A stretch of 63,752 bases of DNA, counting the filler, from Lenisia limosa (lineage: Eukaryota; Protista; Breviatea): NCBI GenBank assembly GCA_001655205.1. It is 11 parts of 11 records of this genome, joined end to end, with 100 filler letters (N's around TTAATTAATTAA, not from the genome) between each part and the next. Parts side by side here need not be neighbours in the genome. Positions count along the whole stretch, not along the records: positions 25,172 to 52,976 come from LPNZ01009141.1; 10 more parts are not named here. One strand, 5' to 3'. Positions 36,520-48,600 of this stretch are shown here, piece by piece. Positions within the stretch are counted from its first letter, which is position 1. The number at the start of each line of letters is the position of its first letter. Both the position numbers and the translations under genes were made by a program. The notes under the pieces were generated by a model that searched no databases, was not told where the DNA came from, and was given only the letters and a program-made list of their open reading frames with translations.

Positions 36520-36698
36520 TCTCTCAATTTCTCTGTCGTTATTTATTATTCATGTCTCTTTCTATTTATTTCACTATCATGTTTTGTGCAGTGAAGGTTT
36601 CAATAACTGGTGCATACAGTACAATGACTTGAACAAAAATAAATTAATCAGAAAAACCTACTCAAAAATTAAATTACACATGACCATTATTACACTAG

Positions 36699-38813
36699 TT
36701 ACACGAAGGTGCTTGTCTCCTGCATTGGAGGAAGAAAGAAGTCTCCGGGGGTGGCAATGGAGGGTGACCTGTAGGACATTAAAAGAATTATCTACATTCA
36801 AAGCTGGAAAAAATAGCAAATCATTATTGTTGTTACAGATAGACATGTAGACATTAAACACAAATCAGGAGCCCAAACGTGAAAAAAATCAACAAATATC
36901 TCTGAAAGCATGAGAAGGATGCCTTTACACTAATTTTGATGAATGATAAAAACAAAGCCACTTACGCCAAAGGTCCGGTTGAATGGCTTTCTGGCTGTTC
37001 TAAAGAAGCAGGATCCTGTTCGTTCGTAGCAGTCTCATCATCCTTATTTGCCTCTACTTCTATTGACTCTTCCTTTCCCAAAGCATCAAGAACCGCATGT
37101 GAATTCTCCAATTGAGCTATCATAACCTTCAAGCACGCTGCCCGTTCGTTCAACTGAATGGTTGGAAGTTTTAAGTAGTATTATTCAAGGCAGTCACTCC
37201 TGAGAACTTCCCAATTACACACCAAAACAGAACCAAAGAAATTCCTCCACAAACTTTCTCAGTTCCACGAACTATCACTGATACGATCTGATTCTCGCGC
37301 TCGATTCTCACTGGGGGCTTTTGCTTGTTTGCTGCTCGCCACTTCTCCACCTAGATTCCAGTCATTCAAAGTGAAGCTTTGGGTGTTAATAAGGTCACAC
37401 CAGACACCTTATATATGATATATATATCATATAGNNNNNNNNNNNNNNNNNNNNNNNNNNNNNNNNNNNNNNNNNNNNNNNNNNNNNNNNNNNNNNNNNN
37501 NNNNNNNNNNNNNNNNNNNNNNNNTACAACCTGTGAACACAGCTTGCTGCGGACCTGTCATAGAGACAATGTCTCAAAACTCAATAAATAATGAATTTGA
37601 TATTTCAAACAGCCGATGTAGATTCTTCTATTCCTACCTCATGTGATCCTTTATTGGCAGCCGCATAGGCACTACTGAAGCTCTGTGTGGCTTTCTGTGC
37701 CTTCTTCTCAGCCTTTTGGGTCAGTTAAGGAGTGGTAAAAATGATTTGGGTAAGTTCCAATGATATGGGGTACTTAGGACTTCCCCATGAAAGCAACACG
37801 ATTAATCCTTGAATAACAATATGTCTTAGTGATATTAGAAGAACATTTAGGAACAAGGCCTAGCAACTCAAAGGAATATGTCTGTTTGAAGCAGTATTGA
37901 TGTAATAGCTACGTATCTTACATACTGCCCTGAAAGTGATGGGGGTAGAACTTTCCAAGAGCTAATGTGGTTTCAGAATCATTGGAAAATAAAAATCGTT
38001 GGCTCGATGCAACCACCCACAAGAACTGCGGAATTCTTCCTAGACTCTCGCCTCGAGGTTTGTGCAGAAACAATTTCTTCTTCAGAAATGCCTGGGCATA
38101 TATCCTGAAACGATCAGAAGGCAAGAACTACGCTCCACAGAAGGAGGACAATAATTGTTGTCACGACACCGTTTAATCCAAAAAAGAATAGATAAAGTTT
38201 GATTTAGGAGGGCTGAGTAGATATTTCATTCTGAGTATAACCCACCACCAGACCTCTTTGAATTGTAAGAGGCCATACCACCCCTTCTTCCTTGGAATGC
38301 GGAAGAATATATCACTACCCTTTGAAATAGCCTAGGGGGTCAAAATACGCTGAGTAAGGGGCTATAGATCAAATCGAATATGGATAAGAAGAATAGTTCC
38401 AAATAGAGTGCAAAATCAACACGATGAGATGAAAAAGAAAAAGTTACACTTGGAAAGGATTTCAATAACCCTCAAAAAGGGTATCAAAGGCCAAGAGATT
38501 GTGACACACTGATGAAATCTGGCTATTTAACGTGGATGCTGGGTTGTTTCCTCTGCAGTGTAAGACAAACGGCAGATTGTAGCAACAAATTGTTAGATTT
38601 TATAACTAGGATTAAGAGACAGACATATATATATAGAGGCTATCATTTTAAAAAGATGCCTCACCATCCCCACGTATATCTTGCACTGCCAGGAAGTAAG
38701 CAGATTTTGTCGAAAAGGTCCAGGTAATGGAGGCAATGAGTCGGCTCATCCATCATAATGGATATAACTGTCTCCTTCCACGACATTGCTGAACTGGAGT
38801 ATGCATTATTCAT
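36699..38813 (-). CDS. Hypothetical multi-exon protein with helical C-terminus
   Basis: Minus-strand exons (AISKGSDIFFRIPRKKGWYGLLQFKE; QLNERAACLKVMIAQLENSHAVLDAL; last exon ...PPMQETSTFV*). Start uncertain. Confidence 0.45.
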
Positions 38814-39240
38814 TCTTTCTGACAAATAAAAGATCATAAAACACCAGCATAACGATTCCACCTCAAAGATAACCCCCTCTATAAACAGTTTATATTTCAA
38901 AAAAAATCAAAAAGTTCACTCAACACCGACTTGGGAGAGAGAGAGGGGGGGGGGGTCGACACAATACCAAAGCACCCATCTTTGAAATAACCTCATTATC
39001 TGCATACCTTGACCGAAGAGGGGATGGGGTACCAACTTTGAAGTATGTGCCTCAGGGTACTTTTATGGGGGTGGGGGTTTTACGGGTTCGCTCGCAGCAA
39101 GAGAAACAAAATTTATAAAGACAGTAGTATTAAAAGGAAAAAAGTTAAAATCAAAAAATATTTATTGTAGGATATTTTTTGTGGGCGCAACAATATTAAT
39201 TAAATTGTTGAGATTTTTCTTTTCTTTTTTTGATTTCAGT

Positions 39241-42200
39241 ATGTCAAAACATGGAAAGAAGAGAAGGGCCCAAAATGAGAAACCCGCAGCCAAGGTCCCT
39301 CGGAAAGTTGAGGTTGTCGCACCCCCACCACAAGTGGTAGGCAGTGACTAAATCGGCTAATATGAAGACGTTACAATGTGATAGTGTAATCGTGGTTTAG
39401 AACGATGAAAGTGACAGTGATGATGACTTCTCTGCAATTAAGGTAAGCATCTACCTCTATATTGGTGTTAACATGAGCGTTACCCCCCCCCCCCCNNNNN
39501 NNNNNNNNNNNNNNNNNNNNNNNNNNNNNNNNNNNNNNNNNNNNNACAAAATAAGGTTTGTGATGAGTGTTTACTGATTTTATGATGTTTGTTTACGTTT
39601 GGTAGGTCAACAAGGTGTTTTTGGAGAAAGCTGAGGCGCCTGAGATTGAGGAAGACGAGGATACTGGCTTTGAAGTGGTTGATGAAGCGAAGGATACGTC
39701 CAAGTTCAATGTCGAATCTCTTGTCAAGGCTTCTATGGCTAAGAAGGCCCATCATGACAAGCATGGACATGAGGATGAAGAGGTTTCTCGTGTTGTTGCT
39801 GCTCCTGAGCCTGTTGAGGAGAAGGTTGTGGAGGAAAAGAAGGTTGAGAAGAAGGTTGTGGAGGAAGAAAGTGAAAATGAAGAGGAAAAACAGGAGAAAC
39901 TCAGCCGTGCGAGCATTATGAAGAACCAAAAGTCCTTCATGATTTCTAAATCTAAGAAATCAGAGGAGAAGGGCTCCAGAGGCAGCAAAGAGAACAAAGG
40001 TAAGGAGACCACGTACCCCGCTGCTACCTTCTCGTTCCCCTTCTGGTCTTATTACATTTAGGGCGTGATTGGACAGTTTCCATTGCTATCCCTGGCTCAA
40101 TTATCGCAAATGCTCAGGTATTACCCAGTCTTCAAAATTTGATCTCTACCACCATTTGTAATTTCTGATCATGCGCAGTCAAAGGAGCTGAAGACATACC
40201 TTGTGGGACAAGTCGCACGTGCGTGCACAGTTTTCAATGTTGATGAGATCATTGGTTGGCAGAGGGTTGTTACAAATATTATGTTATCCACAGATCACAA
40301 TATCTTTACCCGTGTTGCTCTTCACCCACTTAGTGTTCAATGAGAACCCCCAGACAATCCCACAACGCTCTGATGAGGTTTGCTTGGTGACTTGTGAAAT
40401 ATAATTAGCCAACCAGGGCTTGTCCTTTGTATCTTCTGACCCTTTTGGGGCTGTAGATTTCACCATATCCCATCATCCCTTAGGGCGATCGGTTCGTTGG
40501 GGCTCGGAGGGATGCCGACCCGAACCTGTTCCTCTCCCGCGTTCTTCAGTACCTCGAGTGTCCGCAGTACCTCAGAAAGGCTCTGTTCCCACAGCACCCT
40601 GATCTGCAGTAGGCTGGGCATATAATATTGGCCATCTGTTTCATGTGTTGCTACCTTTAGAATGAAGCGATTAACAGCAAAAATCTGGAAAGCAGCGAAT
40701 TTTTTTCATAAAGCTAGTATACATATGATATATAGCTTTGAAGGGGTCCTGATAGAACCCAATAGAAACAACACAAGGCCAAAGACCGTATTTAGCGCTT
40801 CCCTGAGACGCCGGTCCAGCCAGTACCTAAGAATCTACTTCTGTGTTTGTATTGTTCTTATTCTTCAGGTTTGCGGGTCTTCTAAACCCTCTGGATGCCC
40901 CCCATCACATGAGACGGGATCAGGAGCTTGAGGTAGGTCAACAGAGCAAAATAAATATTTAGCTCGTATTTCATCAAAAATGATGCTCTTTAAAAATAAA
41001 TGCCAAGTAAATAGTCTTATTCAAACGCTTGTTTGATAAGGATTGTCATTGTATTCTGACATCCTGTTGTTCACAATTGAGTTTCTAAAATTGTGCTAGG
41101 GAACTGCTATTTGAAATTGCTGTCTCCCAGGTTGTTTACTGACTTCTAAGTATCGTGAAGGTGTTGTGATCGACAAACACTGCAAGGCCGGCGGATGCTT
41201 TATCAACGCGGGTATCATGAATGTAGGCATTTTGTGTTCTGTATTCCCAAAAGGGAACAAAATCGTTCATACCTCGATGCTGCATCTGGCAATCAGCCCT
41301 CTTCTTCTCTTCTAAGCACTTCCGCCTTCTTGATAGAATGGTTTCATCAAGCTCTCCTGTATTTGACATCTGGTTTTTAGCTAGCTTATCTCATTTTTAG
41401 CCTGTTTGGGCCAAGGCCCCTTTGAAGCCGAAGGTTCGTGTCACGTGCAAGATGGCTCCTTCTGCNNNNNNNNNNNNNNNNNNNNNNNNNNNNNNNNNNN
41501 NNNNNNNNNNNCTGGTGCCCCCAACTGAACCCCGTGAACAGGCCGGCCTTTACTGGGGATACTCCGTGAGATCTGCAGAAGGAATTTCCAAAGTTTTTGA
41601 GGATTGTCCCTACAAGGTAAGTTCAAAAGATTGAGGGAAAATCCAAGAAGTTGGTGAATTCTTATCGTTTTAGGGTGGATATGATCTCACGATTGGAACA
41701 TCTGAAAGAGGGCAAATCGCCTCCGAAGCTAAGCCCAGACTATTTAGGTTGGTTTCTGTCAATAGTGATAAGGATCAAATCAATTTCTTAACGTTGCTTT
41801 TTGAACCGAAATGATCCAAATTACTCCACCAACCATTATTTTACGATTTAGACACATGCTTGTTGTGTTTGGTGGATTAGAGGGACTTGAAGCTGCTGTT
41901 GACGGGGATCAAAACGCCCAGGTATGATATGGAGTCTGTGTTGAACTTTCAATCACATTCAGTTCAGCAGATTCAGTCTGAACAATCCTCAAAAGCTTCC
42001 CTTCTTTTCCGTATATTTATTATTTATGACTTTTATCTCATCTTACAGGTTGACAACCCCAAGGAGTTCTTTGATATGTACCTCAATACCTGCCCGAACC
42101 AAGGCTCTCGCACTATCCGAACCGAAGAGGTAAGACAAATCCCAGAGAATACCTGGAACTTATCGATATTATTGCAGTGAAACTTGTCGTTTCATGCTCT

Positions 42201-42387
42201 ATTTCACCTTTCCTTTGTGGTGGGGATTTGTTGTTGTTTTAATTTTTAAAAATATTTAGCCAATAGAGCTGACTTTTGGTTTTTGTTTTGTTATATACAT
42301 CCAGTTTTACCCCCTCCCAAGGCGATCCTGGTGTCCATGGCGGCGATCTCACATCTTATCCCCACTCATAAGCCTCCCGACTGGTAA
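39241..42387 (+). CDS. SPOUT1: SPOUT-domain methyltransferase SPOUT1/C9orf114 with a long acidic/Lys-rich N-terminus
   Basis: TVSIAIPGSIIANAQ|SKELKTYLVGQVARACTVFNVDEI, LQYLECPQYLRKALFP, FAGLLNPLDAPHH, GLYWGYSVR, YDLTIGTSERG, VVFGGLEG, NTCPNQGSRTIRTEE|AIL. TAA at 42385-42387. Confidence 0.95.
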
Positions 42388-42645
42388 ACGTTGAACTAGA
42401 TAGAGCTGATTTCAATGGTAGAGAGTCGCTTATCAGAAAACAGACAGTAGTCTTTTCGAGTGGATTTGTCCACTCCAAATAAGGTACCTTTGAAGGTGGT
42501 ATTGGGGTTCTATAGGTTAAGTGGATGATGAAAGTGCAAACTATGATTGAAGTTGAAACGGTTTAGAAATACAAAAGTGCATAATCAGAAACATGGAAAC
42601 AATAAAAGAAAGAAAAAACTACAAACCCAAATGAATTAAAATACA

Positions 42646-45600
42646 CTACATTTCCCTTGGGACCTCCAAAGCCGCTGAATTGAGAAACTCCTGGAGGGAT
42701 GTTTGGTGGCTCTGATCTGCACGGGCTAAGAGGGCTGATTTCTGAACAATAAATAACATGGGTATAAGTGCAAAACTGACCAATATTATTATGCTGCAGG
42801 TTATAAAAGAACTCATCGACAAACCTCTTCAGAAAGCAACGGTACCGTCAGGTTTTTGAAATCTCCTGGCTCGAGAGCTCTTTGGGACTGAAACAGTGAA
42901 TAGCAATATTTGTGTTCATGGTTATGAATGTCCTTCAAACATTCAGATATTCAATGCTTGATAGGTATACCGCCAGCCCCCACCCAGTTGGCCTGAACGG
43001 GGATGACTCGAATTTGGACTCGAGACTCGGTCGTGATTGGTACTCCCTTAAGGTATGAAAAATATTATTTAAAATATCGGAATAGGGGAAAGCAAACCAT
43101 AAGGCAATCTCTCCCAAACAGGTTTCCAAACACTCACCTGCAAGGCAGTGTTGATATCTTCGGGGGCTTTAACTCGAGTTCCATTAACCTGGGGGTGATT
43201 GGGATAAAGCAACCCCCCCCCCCCGTATATGGCAAGTATTGAGTTTCAAATGATGATACGAACACAGCTTTACAAGGAGTTGAAATACCTCGAGTGGTAC
43301 CCTAGCAACCCTCCAACCTTCAAAATTAGGTCACCAACTTGGCCCGAGGACAATGCGTAGGGGTGACCAGGGAGGGCAGCAAGAACCTAAAAGATCAGAA
43401 ATATTGGATGAGAGGTGATTCATTCATTCATTGTGAGAGAATATATGTACTATATGGCATATGTAGAAACGAGAAATACACAAGGGATTAAGATCTCAAA
43501 GAAGATATCGGATTAAAGAAGCGCTGCCCACCTTGAGTCCAACGGGATGACTGGAGGGGCACGTGACCAGACCCAAATCAGCAGGGCCCTGTCGGATCCT
43601 GTCCACCCGCGCCTGCAGCTGTCGGCCCTCAGCAGCAAACAGCTTCTCAAGGCCCAGAATCTGATCGGCGGCGAGGCTGAAGCTGGACAAGGCGGACATC
43701 GCGGGGCTTCGTGGAGGGGATGCATGGATGTTGTGCGTGAGGTTCGGCTGAGGAGAGCTCGCGGCTTGACTTGCCTTATTTGGAAGGATTCTCCGTGCGT
43801 TGAGAGTGGGTGTTGGTCCCCTGGTGTCAGAAAAAGTGGAACGAAAAATAGACATTTGTAGTATTCAGTATCAATTAACTACCATGGTACGGTTCACCCC
43901 GAAAGTATCAGTAAAAATGTAACTTTAGATCAAGTAATTTAAATTATCATATCAACTGCCCAACTTTAAAGAAGAGGAGTGAGCTGGTTGGGGGGAGCTG
44001 ACAACATTTTGGGTGGCTTGTTTAGGAGCAGTGGATGGGGGCGAGATGGCTGGATTGTAAAAGGCCTCTCTTCCCGAATATTGTACTCACTATCAGACAA
44101 ATACTTTGCCAAAAAAAAAAGCTCTATGAAGGAATATAACAATGCAATGGAGGAATAAAAAGGTAATTAATAATTAATGTTGTTCCAGATACAGATGTAA
44201 AGGTTACTTGTTTCACTGTTTAAAGGTCCAATTAAGATATTATGGAAGATATTCAAGCGTCAATCGTGTCACGACTAATCGCGGTCAGTGTATATCCTCA
44301 GCACTGGCAAAAACCAACTACCATTATGGTGCATGAAGCGACTGGTGGCGCTCTGGTCTTCCAGCGGCTCCTGGAATATCAGATCAGAAGATTGGGCAGA
44401 AATGAGATACAATAAAGGTAATCGGGCCAAAGGTGCAAACTAAAAAGGTTGAAAGTAAGAACCTAAAAAAGGAGATTGTAGCAAGAAGGAGATAGATAAG
44501 TACCTTGGGGCAACTTTCGTTCAATTACAAAATTCCCTCCAGTCCACAGTATGGTAATTTTGTTTAGGTATCCCTATGTAGATTCTTGTATCCCCAAATA
44601 GTTGTCTACATTTTGTCAAATGTTCCTTGCTCTTTTAAAGAAACGTAAAAATAATCACCCACAATTGGAGTTCCAGGGAAAGCGCCGTCATTCGAGTGGT
44701 CACTATCAAAACTGTTCTGAAATGGTAACTCAAATAGATGATGATGTTAATACCATGAAGAAGTAGGAACAAAGTGTGAAATATGGAGCTTTTATATCTG
44801 GTTGTCATATCTGGTAGAAGAAAAATGAGAAAGTTAAGAAATGTATATTATACTAGTATAAATATATTACCTACTCTATCTGAGGATATCTAGCAGCATT
44901 GTGTTTTTTTTACTATAAAAAGCACTATTGCGCAATGTTCCAAAATTTTTGTTTTCAAACATCTTTTTTGGCCCCACAATTTCTTGCATTTCCTCATCTG
45001 AGAAGCTGAGGTCCACTGTCTTCATGGAGCTCGATAAGAGAGTATCGCCGAGTTCTGGGAAAACTTCGTCCGCCTCCTCTCCTGGGGGGGGGGGGNNNNN
45101 NNNNNNNNNNNNNNNNNNNNNNNNNNNNNNNNNNNNNNNNNNNNNNNNNNNNNNNNNNNNNNNNNNNNNNNNNNNNNAATGTGCTAAAAAAAAACCTTTC
45201 GTAAGAGGAATTTTGGAATTAGACATGCTATAATGGGCAAATAAATTACCACTCACCCAAAGAAATGACACTGTGAGTGGGGTAGCCAAGTGGTCTAAAT
45301 AATCAGAAAATAAAACGCTAAAGTGATTCTCTCCAGGTATAGACGACTGGAATTCAAGATTATGGTACCACCACAAATCCACACCTGAACATTGGTGGTG
45401 GGAACGTAGGGTGAAGGATCCTTGGCTTCTTCTTGCAGCAGAAGGGAATCACGAGGCAGAAGCAGCAGAGACAACAGAGCAGCAGTGAGACTGACGCTCC
45501 ACCGGTTGCCGCTACGATGTGAGAGGGAGGGGGCAAGAATCTTTTGAAACCGAAAGATCACCCAGCGTGTAGATACCACCTCCAACCAGCAATAACAAGC

Positions 45601-48600
45601 GGGCTCACGCCAGTGTCCTCTTCTACAACCGCTGCAAATCCCCAATCTCCTAAAATAGTAAACTGACAACTTATAGCATATATAATTCAGAATTGAAACA
45701 AACGAAACACAAAAAAAAAAACAGTGAAACAGCTTCCACCAACCTACCTGTCAGCCCCTGGCATTCACCAGCTAAGGGGCTAGATCTAAGATCTTCAGAT
45801 ATGATCAGTCCAGTGGTCTGATTAAACATCGGCATCGCAGTTGAGAGAGTGCCATTCAGAGCATAGGTCCGGTTCACAAAGGAAGCGGGGCAGATCAGAG
45901 TTTCAAGGAATTTAGGGGGCTCGTCTGCTGGTTCCAAAATGGTAATGCGAAGCTGCNNNNNNNNNNNNNNNNNNNNNNNNNNNNNNNNNNNNNNNNNNNN
46001 NNNNNNNNNNNNNNNNNNNNNNNNNNNNNNNNNNNNNNNNNNNNNNNNNNNNNNNNNNNNNNNNNNNNNNNNNNNNNNNNNNNNNNNNNNNNNNNNNAAT
46101 ATACATATCAGATGTAAGCATGTATTATGTGTCTAGATTCTGCAAACCTCAGTTGTAGAGATCCAGTCATATCGTAGATTCTTCCCGAGTGGCTGGGAGA
46201 ATGTGACACCACTTTCCATCTTAGGAAGGTGAGCATTCAAGTCAGGAGTATTTGTTGCCCGGTCAAACTTGATGAAAACTCTGTCACCCTCTGAGTATCC
46301 CGGAGCTTGGTTGTCAGGATCAGCCATGGCCTTCGCACTAATAATGATGGGGTATGAAACACCCCATGTTCCTTCCAGAGTTACTGGGGGTGCAGTCACG
46401 TTGAAAACTGCAGTTTTAAAGCTGTTGTCAATGAAGCTTCCTAATATGGAAACTGTCGAAGTTGGAGGATGGAAGGAGTCTGCTTCTATTGCTTTTGGGG
46501 CTTTGTCCAGTTTTGTGTCAGTCGGCATAGTCAATATCAAAGACGTGTCGGAATCCCACGTAGCAGTCCAGTTCCTCCCAACTTTCAACAGAGGAGGTGA
46601 AAACAGAACAGTGGAGACAACATCATGTTCAGTGAAGTTGGGCATGTTGGTAGCCTCATTGAACACCAGTGTCACGGTATCTCCGGACCCAAGAACTGCG
46701 TCTGAAGCCGGGCCGGCAGCTGTGGCACTGATCAGCTGCGGCGGCGCAGTACCCCATGAACCGGATAGCGGAGTTTGGTCAGGCTCAGCTATGGGCCCTG
46801 TGGTGTGTTGTCGGGTCTCTTGGAGGGGCGTTGAGAATAGCTCCGGGTTCTTGATCGATACTGACACGTCCTAAGGAAGGGTAAAAAAACTAATGGGTGT
46901 TTCATGAATGTTGGAAAACATTTCATGTCTCGATTAGTTGGGGAGGGTATAACTGTAGAATTTCATAAACTACATATGTATTATGTATTATGTACATGAT
47001 GCATACGATATATTAGTATGTATATGTAGAAATAATACAAAAAAAAGTTGTATCTCGGCAAATTCGTCAATACAGGCATAAAAGAGATATTAGATGATAG
47101 CACATACATATATATACATACATATGATATACTATGTACTCTATACATGTAGGTAAATGTCAATTCGCCCCAAAAAATAGCTATCTTCGAAATGAGCAGC
47201 CTCAACTCAAACCTTCAAAGCAAGTCGCTCGTCTCCATGGGGGTCAACAATCAAGAACTGGAGAGTCGATTCTGATGTCCATTCGGCTGTGAAGTTGCCG
47301 ATACTTGGATGGAAGTCGAAGAGGTCTTCAGGATACTCAAGGGACGGTTGAAGATCAATGTGATCGAGGAAGACTTCTATTATGTCCCCCTCAGACAGGT
47401 GGCCGTCAGCGTTGTCAGGGTCATGCGCACGTGCACTGACAACAACTGGCAAGTCCACGATCTCAAAACCAACCACCACCTCAACACATGATGATGACGT
47501 GTCACATATCGAGAAGTTGCAATATGGAACAGTGGAGAGGTCCAGCGGATGGAAGACAATTTCGTATTTCTCAAGGGTACATTCGGCGCTGCCGTTCACA
47601 AGGGGGCCAATTACGGTGGCTGATTCGAAGTCAATATCGCCATCAAAATCTTCGATACTGAGCTGTGCATAGTTAAACGCGGAAAGTGAATCAGGTGCAA
47701 CAGTAAGAGTGATGTTCTTCAGGCTTGCCATAGGGTCATTAACGGCAGAAATGATAATAGTTGTGGAATGAAGAGCGTAACTTTCACCATCAGTAAGGTT
47801 GGCGTGAATACTGAGGCTCGCATAGATGTCGGAGTTGTAGTTGGGAGGAGGGCGGTACATGATAGACGCTATAGAGGATGTGATCACCGCTGGGTTTCCG
47901 GATATCACCAGGGTACTCGTCAGGTTCCCGGATACATCAGTGACATTGGTGTCGAAAGCTACGGAAAACCGGGCCGATGACTGGTCTACTTCCCTCACGG
48001 AGGTTTCTGGTGCGGGGTTGAGTGCGGGCTGAGCGTCACCGGAGGCCGTGAGAGTTAGCGTCAGAATGTCAAAGTCAACATCAATAACTCGCCAACTTGG
48101 CCCGAGGGATACCCATGTGTCTTCGATCATATGGAGGCTTGAAGGCCCTTCTATTAACGGCTTGTCGTTAACTGGCCAAATCACAAGTGGCCATGAAAGG
48201 AGGACAGGATTACTAAGGGCATCAGTGACGATAACTTCCAACACGCCATCCCCATGTATGTGAAGCCCGGGCTCGATGTCAATAGTCTCCCCGTCATTCT
48301 GAACAAACGCTGTGCAGAAATCTCGGGGTACACATCTAGGTTCCGATGGTAGAACACTGTCACCTTCGGGGTCAACAACAAGATTACTGAGATCGATAAT
48401 GCTAAACACCACGTCTTCAAAGCTGGTGATATTCTCAGAGGTCGCACGTGGCGGCTGGTTGAAGATCACATTAATGTTGAGGAATGAAAGTTGCGGTGCA
48501 AATGTACTGGCTCGGACGGAGATAATGTCCTTGGGGTATGATGTTCTCATGACACTGCTTCGCTGTTGCGTGTACGCAAGGGACTCCTCGCTTTCAAAAA

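Noticed and set aside
44230-44580. Second PDZ or PH domain in the receptor tail
   Set aside because: Exon frames are ambiguous and the candidate splice hits a stop codon.
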